This document shows, one piece after another, positions 1 to 11,985 of a DNA stretch of 64,000 bases; within the stretch, counting starts at the first letter, position 1; each line of letters opens with the position of its first letter. The DNA lies in NCBI GenBank assembly GCA_024137785.1, contig JAHRHZ010000282.1, positions 372,001-436,000 of the forward strand, read 5' to 3'. The stretch comes from Ginglymostoma cirratum (taxonomy: Eukaryota). Position numbers and translations under genes: made by a program. The notes beneath the pieces were generated by a model. The model searched no databases. It saw nothing but the letters and a program-made list of their open reading frames with translations, and was not told the origin of the DNA.

Positions 1-321
1 GATCCAGTCTGGCGTTGTTTGAAGAACTCCCCTCTCGTTAAAGGCCGAGCGAAGAAGCCACCATAGAAAACACAGTTGACGATGAAAGACTGGCACTCTT
101 TCGTGGTTACTGCTGGCGGCGTCTGGACCACTGACTGACTGAAAGATCCTGGAAATTAAAGAGAAATACATTAATGGGCTTTAAAATCTTGACCAGACAC
201 AACGCCTGCTGTTTTAATGGACACGGGGAGCTTTATGCAAAATGCCCACAATGTTATGTTTGTTTGATTTGTACTTACGGTGTAAATAGGCACAAAGTGT
301 GAAGATAAAAACGAGTCCCAT
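1..321 (-). CDS. NAR-TCR-type V segment: leader exon 321-279, intron, V exon from 148 running off the left edge
   Basis: Leader MGLVFIFTLCAYLH with phase-1 GTAAGT donor; acceptor tttccag; spliced product continues RSFSQSVVQTPPAVTTKECQSFIVNCVFYGGFFARPLTRGEFFKQRQTG. FR1 resembles IgNAR V (VDQTP.SVTKETGESLTINCVL) with an extra FR1 Cys. 3' end and RSS are outside the window. Confidence 0.8.
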
Positions 322-1198
322 TTTGCTATTGTCTCTTGCAACACATGATTTATATGAATCGGGAGCTGGAAGCTGCTCTTGGACAGGGTCGCAGAGCTGG
401 ACTGAAATACAGCAGAATGATTGCTTTAATTTGTAAAAAGCACTGTCCTTGATCCGATGTCAAATCCCCTCCTACATTAGCCTGACGTACAGGGGGCGGG
501 ATTGGAACCTGTTCTGTGAATAGAGGCTTCCGTTCTCCATGCACTCGGAGGGATGAGCTTGGATTCCATTACTGCCAAGAAGTCATTAATATTCCTCTGA
601 ACTTGTTACCAGGATGTTAGTTTAACCTTCAATCGCGGGAGGGCACCTCAGACTCAATCAACCAGAATCAGTGCAACCTCTGAAAGGGATGTTAAAATGT
701 GAGATTGCCCAGTCGAATTGTCAATACCTGCAAGAGAGCAGACAGACACCTTCGAATCTTCCTGTCGTCTCTTATGAATTTACAGGTTAACAGCAGAAGT
801 CAGCGCCTCAAGTCTGCTCGGCCATTCAAAACAATCAAGACTAATCGGGCTCATTCGCATTTACTCCAAATTTTACTCGTGTTTTTTTTAAAGGACCATG
901 AATGTATCTCACTCTGCCTTAAAATATCCAAATCTCTGTTTGTAACGCCTTTTGAGAAGCAGAGTTCCAATGACTCACTACCCTCTGTGAGAAAAGAAAT
1001 GGTCTTTATCTCTGTCTTAACTATTCGACTCCTCATCATCAAGTTGGGATTCTGAGTTCAAGGTTCACCACCAAGAGAGAACATCCTTTCCATGTCCAAC
1101 GGATCAAAACTCCTGAAAGTCTGAGATGTGTCAGTCAAATGGACTCTTCCTCTTCTAGCCTCAAACAGACAAGGCTCAAGTATCCCTGCTGACCCCTT

Positions 1199-1476
1199 AG
1201 GACAGCACGGTGGTTCCGTGGTTAGCACTGCAGCCGCAGAGTGGCAAAGTCTTCGGTTCGATTCCAGCCCCTGGTGACTGCCTCTGTGGAGTTTTTCCAT
1301 TCTCCCCGTGTCTGCTTGGGTTTCCTCCACAGTCCAAAGATGTGCCGAATAGGCGGATTACCAAGAGTTTTCATGGGTGTATGGGTTAAAGGGGTCTGGG
1401 TGGAATGTTCCAAGGGTCGCTGTGGACTTGTTGGGCCGAAGATCCTGTTCCCAAACGGTAGGAGTTCTAAATCTAA
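1199..1476 (+). mobile_element. HE1-type tRNA-derived SINE
   Basis: GGCACGGTGG..GTGGTTAGCACTG head, B-box GGTTCGATTCC, central TTCTCCCCGTGTCTGC, LINE-like tail TTGTTGGGCCGAA..CTGTT ending in TCTAA repeats. Confidence 0.85.
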
Positions 1477-2232
1477 TTAGAGGCCTTAATTCGGTAGAAT
1501 TTCGAAGAACTGCTTCCAATGCGTTCACATTCTTCTTAAATAACGTGTGTAGTACTGTACACAGAATGCCAAATGGGCTTACACACCGCTCCACTCCCCA
1601 CCAAAATAAACTGCATAACTGAAGCTTGAAATCCCGACTTTTGGATAAATGTTTGGTCACAACTGAAATGGAGAAACTGTCTCCACTCTTAAAAGTTTGA
1701 GAGCCACACACCACAGGGTATAGGATATTTTGCAAACGAGATAAATGTGATAAATGTTTTTTCACCCAAAGTGTCGTCCGGTTTTGGGGTGAACAGCCTT
1801 GAAGGAGCTGGAGTCTGGTTTAATTCAGGAGGGCATTGAACTATTATACATTGAACAAATACACAGATTATGTGCGGAAATTTCATGAAATTGACACTAA
1901 GCTGCTGAATGCCCTCCTCCTGCAGTGTAACAAGTTGCGAATCTATGGTTCTGTGAATTCTATTAGTGATAAATGAGAATGTTCTATTAACCTTCCTAAT
2001 TATTTCTTGCATGTAATTATTAAACTACATGCTTCATTGGCTGCGACATCCTTCTGCATGTCACAGCTCTACAATCCTTAACCTTTTTGATAATGTGCTT
2101 CATTTTTTATTGTTCGTGCCACCTTTGACAATTTCAAACATTTACACATGATGCTCTACCTTCCAGACCTTTCCACGCTTACAGAACCTATCTATATTCC
2201 TCTTGTCCACTGTCTTGCTCTTAATTAACTTA

Positions 2233-2465
2233 CCCTGCTTCCTCCTCTTGTTGGTCACTTACTTCGAATGTTTTGCCTACATTGATATCTCACTGACAGT
2301 TACCTCACAGGCCTGGATTTCAGTAACCTGGAGTACATTCTTCTGGAGAAGATAAACATGCTCCAATAACTCAGTTCCTGTAGCAATGCCTTCATCTACG
2401 TTTTTGCGAGATCATATTATGAGGAGATTTTTAAGCTTTGCTCACTGTGTGGAACTTTCCCTCTC
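2233..2465 (+). pseudogene. GPR139-like GPCR relic (TM6-TM7 only)
   Basis: Translates (1 frameshift, 1 stop) as CFLLLLVTYFECFAYIDI / TDSYLTGLDFSNLEYILLEKINMLQ*LSSCSNAFIYVFARSYYEEIFK, homologous to the TM6/TM7 end of the 4925-5824 copy. Confidence 0.65.
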
Positions 2466-4434
2466 AAATCAGAAAGCCATTGTTCAAGCTCTGATATGCC
2501 AAAGATCTGAAAACCACACTCGTAAATCTTCTTTCATCGTTTGTTCCTTTATCCACTAGGACTCTACCATCCATGAATGTTCGTGTAAGCACTGAAAGGA
2601 AGGTACTTAACAAAATAGGGACATACTTTTCAAAAATTTGGTTTTTTGCTTTTAATTCCACTGCCTGAATAGAATATGGATAATGAATTCATAGCAGCTT
2701 TTGAATGAGCAGTTAACTCAAAATGGAATATGTGACTTTGAAAAAGAACCAAATGAGTATTTGTTAAACTGTCACTCTTTAAAAGGCCGAAAGTATATTT
2801 CCTCATCAATAACTCAGAAGTACAAACTTTTTGGGTGGATTGCCAAAAGATAGAGTCGGCCTTTCGGATGTTCTAACTTCACAGATATGCACAGATAATC
2901 AGAGCATCGGGACATTCCAGAAAATATGATTCATTAAGTCCAGTCTCTCACAATCCGGAGACGAAAAGATTTCGGCCTGACAATTCGATTTAGATCCATG
3001 TATTGAATTTTATGAGTAAGGCAGGCAGTGAATATTTGTTCCTAATTCTCTTGAAATAAAAACGAAATGAGCACGCTCATGTGTAAACAACGACGGATCA
3101 ATGAGACGACAGTCCAAAAGACGACTTTGCAATCTTCTGACAATATTCACGTTACTGTTCCTTCAGGCGTTCCCATAAGAACGTCAGAGCATTGCCAGTA
3201 CACTACGAAGTTGTTCGTGCACCGGGGGAACATCTTGAAAGGCAGCCAGATACTTCTAGGGAGAATAAAGACTGACTGTTCATCGTGAGACATTTTTGGA
3301 CAAATGGAGAAGCATTTCTCATCAATCATTTATCTTGGTCGCAGATTTTGATGAGCATTTCCAGCATTATGTTGCTGTTGTTAATGGTGTTGTTTTAGTT
3401 TGCGATTGGATCATTTGTTAGTCAAGTCTTAGACATGTGCCATTCAATTGATTTCTCTTCTGTGAAAGTGATCTCCTCAGTAATTCTAATGATAAAATTG
3501 TGATGCAATTTTCCGATCTGCACGGAGACCTGCAGAATGATTATAGGATTATGTTGGTATTTTTGAACCAGTAACGGTTCTCTTCTCACTTAATCTGGCA
3601 AGAAATTTCTCATTCACTCTTTCCCTTTGTCGTTCTCTCTCGCTCTCTTTCTATCTTTTTCGCTCTTTCTTTCTGATTTAATTAATTCAGTATTGTGCTC
3701 CGTGTTTCTAGTTTTATCAGTATCAGTTTGCTTCCTTCCGGTGGTGGCAGTATCTTTGTTATGAACATGGCTGCAATATTAGGCTGGACTGTGGAATTCA
3801 TTTTCCAATCAGTTTTCCATCTATTAAATGGAAGCAATTTCCTTTTGCCTTATCTGGTAGAACTATTAACAGTTTGGCCTGGTTAATTTTTTTTTAACCT
3901 GTTATTGATTTCAGGGCCCTCCTTGCAAATTGGTGGGAATGAAACATTGTATACAGAAAAGATTGCATGCATTTATATGATAAACGTCAAATATCAAAAA
4001 GGATAAATTTTGTAATTTAAAATGCACATCATTTAATGAAGGAACACAATTTCGCACTAAGTTGCTCACGGATGTGCAAGAGGAACGATTTCAGAAACCA
4101 TTCATAATTTCCCAAACTCAATAGTTCAATTGTGATTCTTTGAGCATTTCACGATTTAGATATCAATCTTTCTAATAGCAAATAATTTTGCAGTAGTTTT
4201 TCAGATGAGGCAACTTTGGATTCTCAAAAATATATGATCCGTTTTCTTTCAATTTTCCGGATTTCATTTGGATTATTTCCTTATTTCTCAGCATGAATAT
4301 TTTGCGATCGCATTTTCTCAATGTGACTACTCTCATGTCTCGCTCTCTTTTATTTCCAGTCGTTGATGTAGATTTCAATGAATTTTGCTCTCTTTTGTGT
4401 GTCATTGTATTAATTTGTATTCTTATTCCCTGCA

Positions 4435-4732
4435 GTGCAGATAGAGGTCATTCGAGCCATTGAGTGTGTTTCTACCCTCCAAAGAACCACGTGCCTGTAC
4501 CTGTAACCCGACATTCATCATTGTTAACCAACCCAGCCTAAACATCCCTTGACCCTATCGGACAGTTTAGCATGGCCAATTAATCAGACCTATGGGAGGA
4601 AAATGGAGCATCCAGAAGGAACCCACACATACACAATGAGAATGTACAAACTCGATACAGGCAGTCATCTAAGGCTGGAATCAAAGTTGGGTCCCTGGTC
4701 ATCTGAAGCAATAGCACTTGCCACTGTGCCAA
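4435..4732 (-). mobile_element. Degenerate HE1-like SINE
   Basis: Reverse complement begins TGGCACAGTGGCAAGTGCT..AGGGACCC, with central and tail blocks similar to the other SINE copies. Confidence 0.7.
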
Positions 4733-4924
4733 TGGACCCCTAAGATGAAACTTTCGCACGTAGAAATAACTGTCAGGCTGTTAATTGATAATTTCTAACT
4801 CATGTTCACGTCTCAAATGTATTCAAATGGATTCAAAATCCTGTAGAACAATTCTTATAATTTATAAGTCTCAGATCCTTTCTTCTCTGCTTTCTAGGTA
4901 TGTGTATGTATGCTTGTATGACAG

Positions 4925-5824
4925 CTCAACTGACAGTGACTGTTATCCGTTCCAGAAGAAAACGTGATCTTTCTAGTCTCGACATTTATTGCCTGGTGTC
5001 GATGGCGGTGGTCGATCTGCTCATGATACATGCTGTATTCCGAAACCAGATTGCTGGAATTTTCTTCCCATCAAGTTTGTTGCTCATTCGTCCAGTATGC
5101 ACTCTCCGTGATGCCGTAATCTACACTGCTGCTGATTGTTCAGTATCGTTAACGGTTGCTTTTACCATTGATCGACTTGTGGCCATTTGTTGTCAGAAGG
5201 TGAACTTCTTCATGGTCCAGAAAGTGGCGCTGCTTAGTGGATTCATCACAACACTCAGATGCATAAAAACGCCTTTATTTTTAAATTAATTAACCTATCA
5301 ACATTAAAAAAAACGTACCCCGGCTCTGCAAAATAAAATTAATATTTTATACGTCAAGTACATGGGCAGAATATGACTGGATTCGCAGCATTTTGACCAT
5401 TTGTCTCACATTCATTCTGATTTTACTGCTCAACGCTCTTACTGTCAGATATATTGTAGTGGCCGATAAAGCCCGCAGAAGACTACAGACTCAGACCAAT
5501 GGAGAAAATCAGACAGGTTTGGAAATGGAAAAGCGCAATACGTCTTTGGTTTTCCTCTTTGCCATCTCAGGCAGCTTCATTCTGTTATATTCTTTATTTT
5601 TCATAGCAACATTCCATGCCCAAATTACGAATGTACCTTATTTCTACGGTTTCAACTTAAGTCAATCAGAGATCATTTAACAGGAAAGTGGATACTTGCT
5701 TCAGTTTGCGAGTTCCTGCAGCAACCCTTTTAATAATGTTGGGAACCATAGTAAATTCAGAGCTGAGTTCAACAGTGGGTTGAAATATCCATTGGGGTTC
5801 CTTGTGAAATTGTGTAAGCATTGA
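4925..5824 (+). pseudogene. GPR139-like class A GPCR pseudogene (main coding exon)
   Basis: Acceptor acag at 4921-4924, then QLTVTVIRSRRKRDLS..YCLVSMAVVDLL..TVAFTIDRLVAICCQK..ILLLNALTVRYI..FAISGSFILL..SGYLLQFASSCSNPF..SKFRAEF..LKYPL..stop at 5824. Premature stops at 5287-5289 and 5678-5680 plus a frameshift. Confidence 0.85.
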
Positions 5825-6246
5825 AATTAATAAAATCTAACATAAATCAAAGTTAAATTGCAACTTTCATCTTATTGACCAAAACAAATCAGATATTCCT
5901 TTCCAAGTCGCATGGTCTCTGAGAACTTTACCCAATCGGTGAATTTAGGAATGTTGAAGTCATTTCATTTTTGAATCAGCACAATCCTTGCCCGTACTGG
6001 CACTGGTCTATGCATTCCACAAATCCTAAAGGACGCAAAGCTGAGGTGCAGTAATCACTGATGATTCTTGCAGACACGAGTGTTTGTGTTTCATTGTTGT
6101 TTCTGGTCCATCGAAGAGGGCAGTTCAGAGATAACCACATTGCAATGGTTTTGGTGTCACGTGTATTCCAGACCAATTAGTGAACCCAATGTTTTTTCCC
6201 ATTATGAACAATTGTTTCATGGTCTTCAATCGATCCTGGACTCCTG

Positions 6247-6547
6247 GGATGGCACGGTGGCTCAGTGGTAAGCGCTGCAGCCTTCCACGCTAGGGTCCCG
6301 GGCTTGATTCCAACCCCAGGTGACTGTCTGTGAGAAGTTTGCACGTTCTCCCCGTGTCTGCGTGGGTTTTCCCCGGGTGCTTCGGTTTCCTTGTGCAGGC
6401 TAGATGGATTGGCAATGCTGAATTGCCCATAGTGTTCAGGGGTGTGTGGCTTAGAGGGGGATGGGTCTGGGTGGGATGTTCCAAGGGTCGGTGTGGACTT
6501 GTTGGGCCGAAGGGCCTGTTTCCACAATGTAGGGATTCTAATTCTAA
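6247..6547 (+). mobile_element. HE1-type SINE
   Basis: GGCACGGTGGCTCAGTGGT head, TTGCACGTTCTCCCCGTGTCTGCGTGGGTTT core, tail GGGCCGAAGGGCCTGTTTCCACA..GATTCTAATTCTAA. Confidence 0.9.
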
Positions 6548-6884
6548 CTATTCTTCACTGAATTAAAATTCCACCACCTGTCATGTAGGATTCGATCCTG
6601 GATTAATAGTCTGGCGACAATATTATTACGCTGTTGCCTCTTTCGTTGTTCATTGGATGTGTGCATTATTGGCATGCCCAACAACTTTTGCCCATGCAGT
6701 TTGGAGTTCTTTGTATTTGTAACTTGGAATGACGTATCTATTGTCCATGGATAGATGTGCTGTCTCTCTTGAAGATTCGATACGTGTTCGTTTCTCCCAG
6801 TATGTCTGAAGTTCCTAGCAACTTCCTTGTGATTGTCGATGTCCGACATCAGCCTGTTGGTGGCGGCTGTTTAGTCCTCACACG

Positions 6885-6916
6885 TTACCCTCTGCTGGGG
6901 AAGAGAAGTCACTGCA
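6885..6916 (-). promoter_or_regulatory. CTCF-type motif with upstream module
   Basis: Minus strand reads TGCAGTGAC-ttctcttcc-CCAGCAGAGGGTAA: core plus TGCAG-type upstream module. Confidence 0.5.
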
Positions 6917-7027
6917 CAAACAGTGGAAAGAAATTATTCAGAATTCGGTCAGAAGAAAGGCAGCAGTACACAGTACCATCCAAACTGACAGCACTATCAA
7001 CTCACACACAGGGACAGTTTGACAATG

Positions 7028-7100
7028 ATAGAGGTGGCGCAGCAGGCGGTGCATCAGTTTCATAAGCTGAAGGCCCTGAGTTTAATCCTCAGAGAAGGTA
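7028..7100 (+). pseudogene. tRNA-Met(CAT) elongator-type pseudogene
   Basis: GGCGCAGCAGGCGGTGCATCAGTTTCATAAGCTGAAGGCCCTGAGTTTAATCCTCAGAGAAGGTA follows vertebrate tRNA-Met; anticodon CAT at 7061-7063; 5' acceptor arm and T-loop damaged. Confidence 0.8.
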
Positions 7101-8439
7101 AGCTTGAGAGCTTGTAGCTTTTACTGGCAGCACCTGTAGAAAGAAAGTACAGTTAATATTGCGGGTCCAGAGACCTTCCCTCAGAACACATTTTACTGAA
7201 AGTCATAGAAAACATTGTAACATATCTGTTAAACATTGAATCAAATTCAAACACTTCTGGAAATGCTCCACGTAATGAATGAAAGATGATAACTATCAGC
7301 AAATAAATAGAAGGCAGCCACATAGCTAGCCACTCTCTCTAGGCCCATCATCAATTTAAAACTTTGCATTTTGCCGTAAGTTATTCTTTTTCTGTGCTAT
7401 GGTATTCATTCTGAAATTAATCTGTCACAATGTGTTTGTAACTCTGAATTTTACACTTAACCGTGTCAAAGATAACGTTTCCCTCCTCTTCCTGTATCTC
7501 TGCACTCAGCCTCACAACATTTATTCAAAACAGAAGGAGATAGAAAAGGAAACTATAGGCCAGTTAGATTAATTGGGAGAAAATATAGGCTATTATAATT
7601 TATTTAATAGCAGAACATTAAAAATGCAAAACAGAATAAAGCAGTCAGCATGTCTTCATTCGGGTGGTGGGGGCGGTATGGTGGGGAATTCATGAGTGAA
7701 AATTTATAAGAATTCGAGGTGGGAGTAGCATAAATAAAAGGAAATGAGATGATGTAACATATTTGCATTTCCAGACGATGTTTGATAAGGTGCCACACTT
7801 TACTCAGCTTAATGAACCAAAGAAGTACCGCCTTGCAGGTCGTGTATAGTGGATAGAGGAGTGATTAACTAACAATCAAATATTTGCTTTAGTATTGTCA
7901 CTTGCTGATGCCATCACCAAATAAAGGAGTCAATGGGTATGGAAAGGAACCGCAGAAAATCAAAATGTAGCCCCTCAGAAAGACAAGCCAAGGAGAATCC
8001 TAAACAATACTACTTTTCCAAATCTGCCTTTTGTGCAGAAATGTCGATTCATAAGCAGACTGTAGAATTGTATCATTTAATTGCAAGTGCAAGCAACAGG
8101 GAGAGAGGTTTTGACACTCTAATTCATTCAACCTACAGTCAACGAAACTGTTATTACGCACAGAGATGAACACGTAAGCACAGAAGCATACCTATATTCA
8201 TGCAGACATGTACACATGAATTAAAACAGCGAAGAGGAACTTTGAAAAAGTAAATTTCAAGGTATTCTCTCGTCGTATAAACTGTAAAGGGATGTTTATT
8301 TGGATTAAGTCAGATTGGAATGTTTGGTTGCTGCGGACTAGTTTGCCCGAAGGATCTGTTTCCATGCTGGACAACTCTGTAACTTTTTAAATTAGGGGTA
8401 CAGCTCATCTCTGAGACCAAAAAGGGGATCTCACGTGGA

Positions 8440-8755
8440 CGCAGAGGCATAACTGAGTTGGAAAATGAATACTTTGCATCTATCTTTACAAAAAAGGAGA
8501 TTTCTGTCTCGGCCATGGTGACAGAGGAGGAAGTGTTGTCACCAGAAGTATTCAAAATTTAGAAGGATTAAGATCTAGATAGACTCTTGACACTTAAATT
8601 TAGCAAAGCACTGCGTTTGGACGAGATTCACCCAACGTCTTTGAAGGAAATGAGGGCATAAATTGCGGGGAGACTGGGCATAGTAGTTTAGTCTTCCATG
8701 GTTTCGATGACGTGCCAGAAAACTGAACATGTTAATTTTGTTACTTCCTTTTTAG
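8440..8755 (+). mobile_element. CR1-type LINE ORF2 fragment
   Basis: Degenerate ELENEYFASIFTK..DEIHPTSLKEM..I segment typical of the region upstream of CR1 RT. Confidence 0.6.
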
Positions 8756-8832
8756 ATGGTGCCAGACCTCGTCAGTTTCTCGAGTATGTTCTATTCTGAT
8801 TTTCTGAATAATTGCTTCTTTTATCGGCGTGA

Positions 8833-8850
8833 GCGCGCCCTCTGGTGGAC
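8833..8850 (-). promoter_or_regulatory. CTCF-binding element just 3' of a V RSS
   Basis: GTCCACCAGAGGGCGCGC on minus strand, near-perfect CTCF core. Confidence 0.7.
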
Positions 8851-8912
8851 ACAGACTGGAATTCACGACTTGTGTTCTTCGACAATGTTCTGCACAGCTC
8901 GACAGATTTGTG

Positions 8913-9210
8913 GGCTTCATGGCACAGAGATGTACGGTGTTTTCAGACAGAATTGTAACGATATTGAAAGCGGCCGGTTTGCTTTCTTCGGGTAAGTTAA
9001 CAGAACACCTTTCTGCTACAACTGGAGACTTCTGTTCACTCCCCGTGCTACGCATCTTCAGCAAATATTTCAGAGATTCCCAGTGATACTGGCTGTGCTA
9101 GAAGAGGGTTTGAGTGGAGTAGGTTGTCGAAGAACTGCAGTCCAGATTTATGTTTTATTGCTCCGCATCGTTAAGTTGATCTTTTGTGATTGATTTTTTG
9201 CAATTCGGTC
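8913..9210 (-). pseudogene. TCR alpha/delta-type V pseudogene
   Basis: ..NINLDCSSSTTYSTQTLF*HSQYHWESLKYLLKMRSTGSEQKSPVVAERCSVNLPEESKPAAFNIVTILSENTVHLCAMKP; Trp41 is TAG; heptamer CACAAAT 8912-8906, nonamer-like ACACAAGTC at an over-long 30-nt spacing. Confidence 0.8.
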
Positions 9211-9559
9211 CTCAAACATAGATACAAAATGTGTCAAATGGTGATTGCAACGCCGAGAATGTGCAATCACTATTTGAAATCAACCTCACCAGGCAACAAG
9301 ACAATTATCTGTGGTGATGATCAAAAGGAACACATGGTTTCTTGTTTACAGGTGACCAGAAAAATAACAGAATGTTGGCCCTCCTCGTTTTGATATTGAA
9401 ATGTAAAGCAAATCATGATCCGGCTTCGCTGACTGAGAAGATAGGGAGTCTCCCTGACGCTCAGTTTGTTGCTCTGTCAGTGTTGATGGAAACTACGCAA
9501 CAATTAATAGCAGCTATTGACATTCCTCTGATTATTTCTCTGACATTCTCAACATCGCT

Positions 9560-9733
9560 TTGTCTCCTCTCTTTGCCTTACCCTCGTTTGCTCTGGCGAA
9601 ACTGTTTCTGATTGAAAGAGAAGTCTAGCTTCAGTAAAATGCTTGGCAATGAAGACTGGATAAATAACCGTGGGAGTGAACCAAGTGTTTGACAAAGTTG
9701 AACAAACGCAATCCAGAGTCCACCAGTAGGCGG
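9560..9733. repeat. Local duplication, copy 1 (copy 2 about 11175-11335)
   Basis: Shared CTCGTTTGCT.TGGCGAAACTGT..TGGCAATGAAGACTGGATAAATAACCGTGGGAGTGAAC.AAGTGTTTGA..GCAATCCAGAGT.CACCAGTAGGC. Confidence 0.85.
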
Positions 9734-10174
9734 TGACAAAAACATGTAGAGATTTCACTTTGACATCAGATTGAAAGTTGATCCACAAACGTTATTTAGG
9801 TTTGTATAAACCCTATGAAACAATAATGATCAAAGGTCATAGCGACGGCACCCTAAAATTAAAACAGTCATGTATGGAACGAGAATATCAGGCAGACGTC
9901 ATTTAAAGGTAAAGCACCGAAAGGATTTATGAATTCTGAGACAAAGATTGAGAAAAAAATGCAAGTAATGATGTCAGATAATAATTTCAGTTGGAACATG
10001 GCCAATAACAAATTTTCATGGAGTATTGAACCCAGTGCTGCAAGGTGAGACTGAAGGGCTAGGAAGAGATACAGACATAGGGAGAGAGGGTGGGAGACGA
10101 ATAGACACAGACAGTGAAGGCAATCAGTTTGTTTTCTGTTTTGAAGAGGCCCATGTTTCGAGACATCCAATCCC

Positions 10175-10440
10175 TAACTCTAACAGTAAATGACGCCTGG
10201 TGATAACATTCTTTAATAATCTGTTGTTAAGAGTATCGCCCAACAGTGTTTCTCTTTGAGGTGAATGTAAATCTCTCCACTTTGCTCCTCCATCGCCATC
10301 ATTGAAAGCCCTGGTATCGACAACGAATCCTGGTTTGGAATCAACTGACTGAATGATTTATGTTCTGTCCCCTCTTCATCCTCATGAACAAAAAGTCTCG
10401 CAATCTCTTTTTGCAATTTGGAGCTCGAATTTTCCTGACA
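10175..10440 (-). pseudogene. Possible highly decayed V relic (gamma/light-chain-like C-x-x-W-D end)
   Basis: With several frameshifts: GQNINHSVS*FQ..QGFQ*W..VERFTFTSK..YS(L)..RLLKN..GVIYC..V(R)D; no clear RSS. Confidence 0.3.
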
Positions 10441-10520
10441 TTGCGTGTTAATTATTCTGATCTTGTTTTACCTATTCTTCAATACCTTGTGATGTTTGAA
10501 TGTGGTTTCTTTTGTTTCAG

Positions 10521-10800
10521 CTGTTCCGTGTGTTGATCAGAGCCCACAGGATGACTAGATGCTGTCTCTTGAAGGGTGCGGGCTGAACTGCATTATAAAC
10601 TGTACAATGGTACTGCGGATACGATAGATTGGGACAAAGAAACACTGTCAGGGGCTCCAACATTTATTGACTCAGTATACAAGGGCAATCAAACTACAGG
10701 ACTCAACACATGTTCTGTGACCGAGTGAAGGAGTCCAACATCATTTCTCTCGATGCCAATGTGACCTCGGAGGCCAGAAAGTATGACTATGTGAAGGCAT
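10521..10800 (+). pseudogene. Decayed V relic, inverted orientation
   Basis: Acceptor tttcag, then VPCVDQSPQDD*MLSLEGCGLNCIINCT / NGTADTIDWDKETLSGAPTFIDSVYKGNQTTG; frameshifts and stops, no RSS found. Confidence 0.5.
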
Positions 10801-11945
10801 GCAAAGTGCAGATTCGGTTGTACAATATCTGTGTGTCACAATGTCTCTGCTGTTCCATTACATCTGTTCCAAAAGATACACTTTACAAATAACAGTGAGA
10901 CTAACGGGAGCTACTTTTTGATGTTTAAACGTGCATCTTGATTAACCTACAAAATGTTACAACTGTTACTGCAGATATTGGATGTTGTGGTACCACCTTA
11001 CCTTGGAACGTAAAAAGTGGACAAATTTGCTGACAATTGTAATATACTTATTTTGTGAGTCTTCAGGTTTTGAAATAGTTCATTTCCTTATTCAGAAAGA
11101 CATGGATAAAATTCACGCATAGCCTGAAAATTTTCAAGTAACACACACGTCACACAAGTGCCAGGTTGTGAATGTCTTCTCTTCTCTTTGCCTCACTCTC
11201 GTTTGCTTTGGCGAAACTGTCTTTGCTTGAAATAGAAGTCAAATGCATGGCAATGAAGACTGGATAAATAACCGTGGGAGTGAACAAAGTGTTTGAAAAA
11301 ATGGAACAAGTGCAATCCAGAGTTCACCAGTAGGCCAAATATAACCATCATTCCCGACTGCCAATCACATTGTCATCACCGAAACCCGACTATCAAAGTC
11401 CTGACGGCTTCTATTCAACAGACACTGGACCAGCCATATAAATGCTGTGGATGCTAGAGTAGATCAGAAAGAAAGAATTCCACAGGGAATAATTCACCTC
11501 TCGACTCCCAAACACTGCCCACCATCTACCAGACACACGTGATGTTTGGTACCGAACACTTTCCACTCAGCTGGAATAGCTCAGCTCCAAGAACACTCAA
11601 GAATCTCGAGACCAATCCGGTTACTGCTGTTAGAGGAGAACAGATTTTCACTGAGATGAAAATGCATAGTGTGAAGTGATATTAGTTCCCTGCGAAGGCA
11701 AATGATACAATTACAATTGAAGTGTGAGGATGGGATAGATATGTTCAATTGATTAGCTATAGAAGTCTATAACCAACAAGTGCCAGAAAACAATTTGTAC
11801 AGGTAGTTGTTGGCATGAATAACGTTTACAGACAGAAACTAACTGCGCAAGCGAACCCCGTCTATTCCCGTACAGTGTTCTGCACTTCTTCATCTTTCAA
11901 CAATTTTCATGGTAACCTCCCAAGTGTTTCACTTTCTGAGTGTGA

Positions 11946-11963
11946 GAGCGCCGTCTGGTGAGC
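11946..11963 (-). promoter_or_regulatory. CTCF-like element 3' of a V RSS
   Basis: GCTCACCAGACGGCGCTC on minus strand, about 22-24 nt past the nonamer. Confidence 0.5.
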
Positions 11964-11985
11964 AGGAACTGGAAATATCAACGAT

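Noticed and set aside
1058-1622. ORFs overlapping SINEs (also 6177-6566 and 27282-27673)
   Set aside because: Translations of HE1-type SINE sequence, not genes
3060-3340. CpG-containing coding-like stretch
   Set aside because: No recognisable motif in any frame examined and no clear exon boundaries
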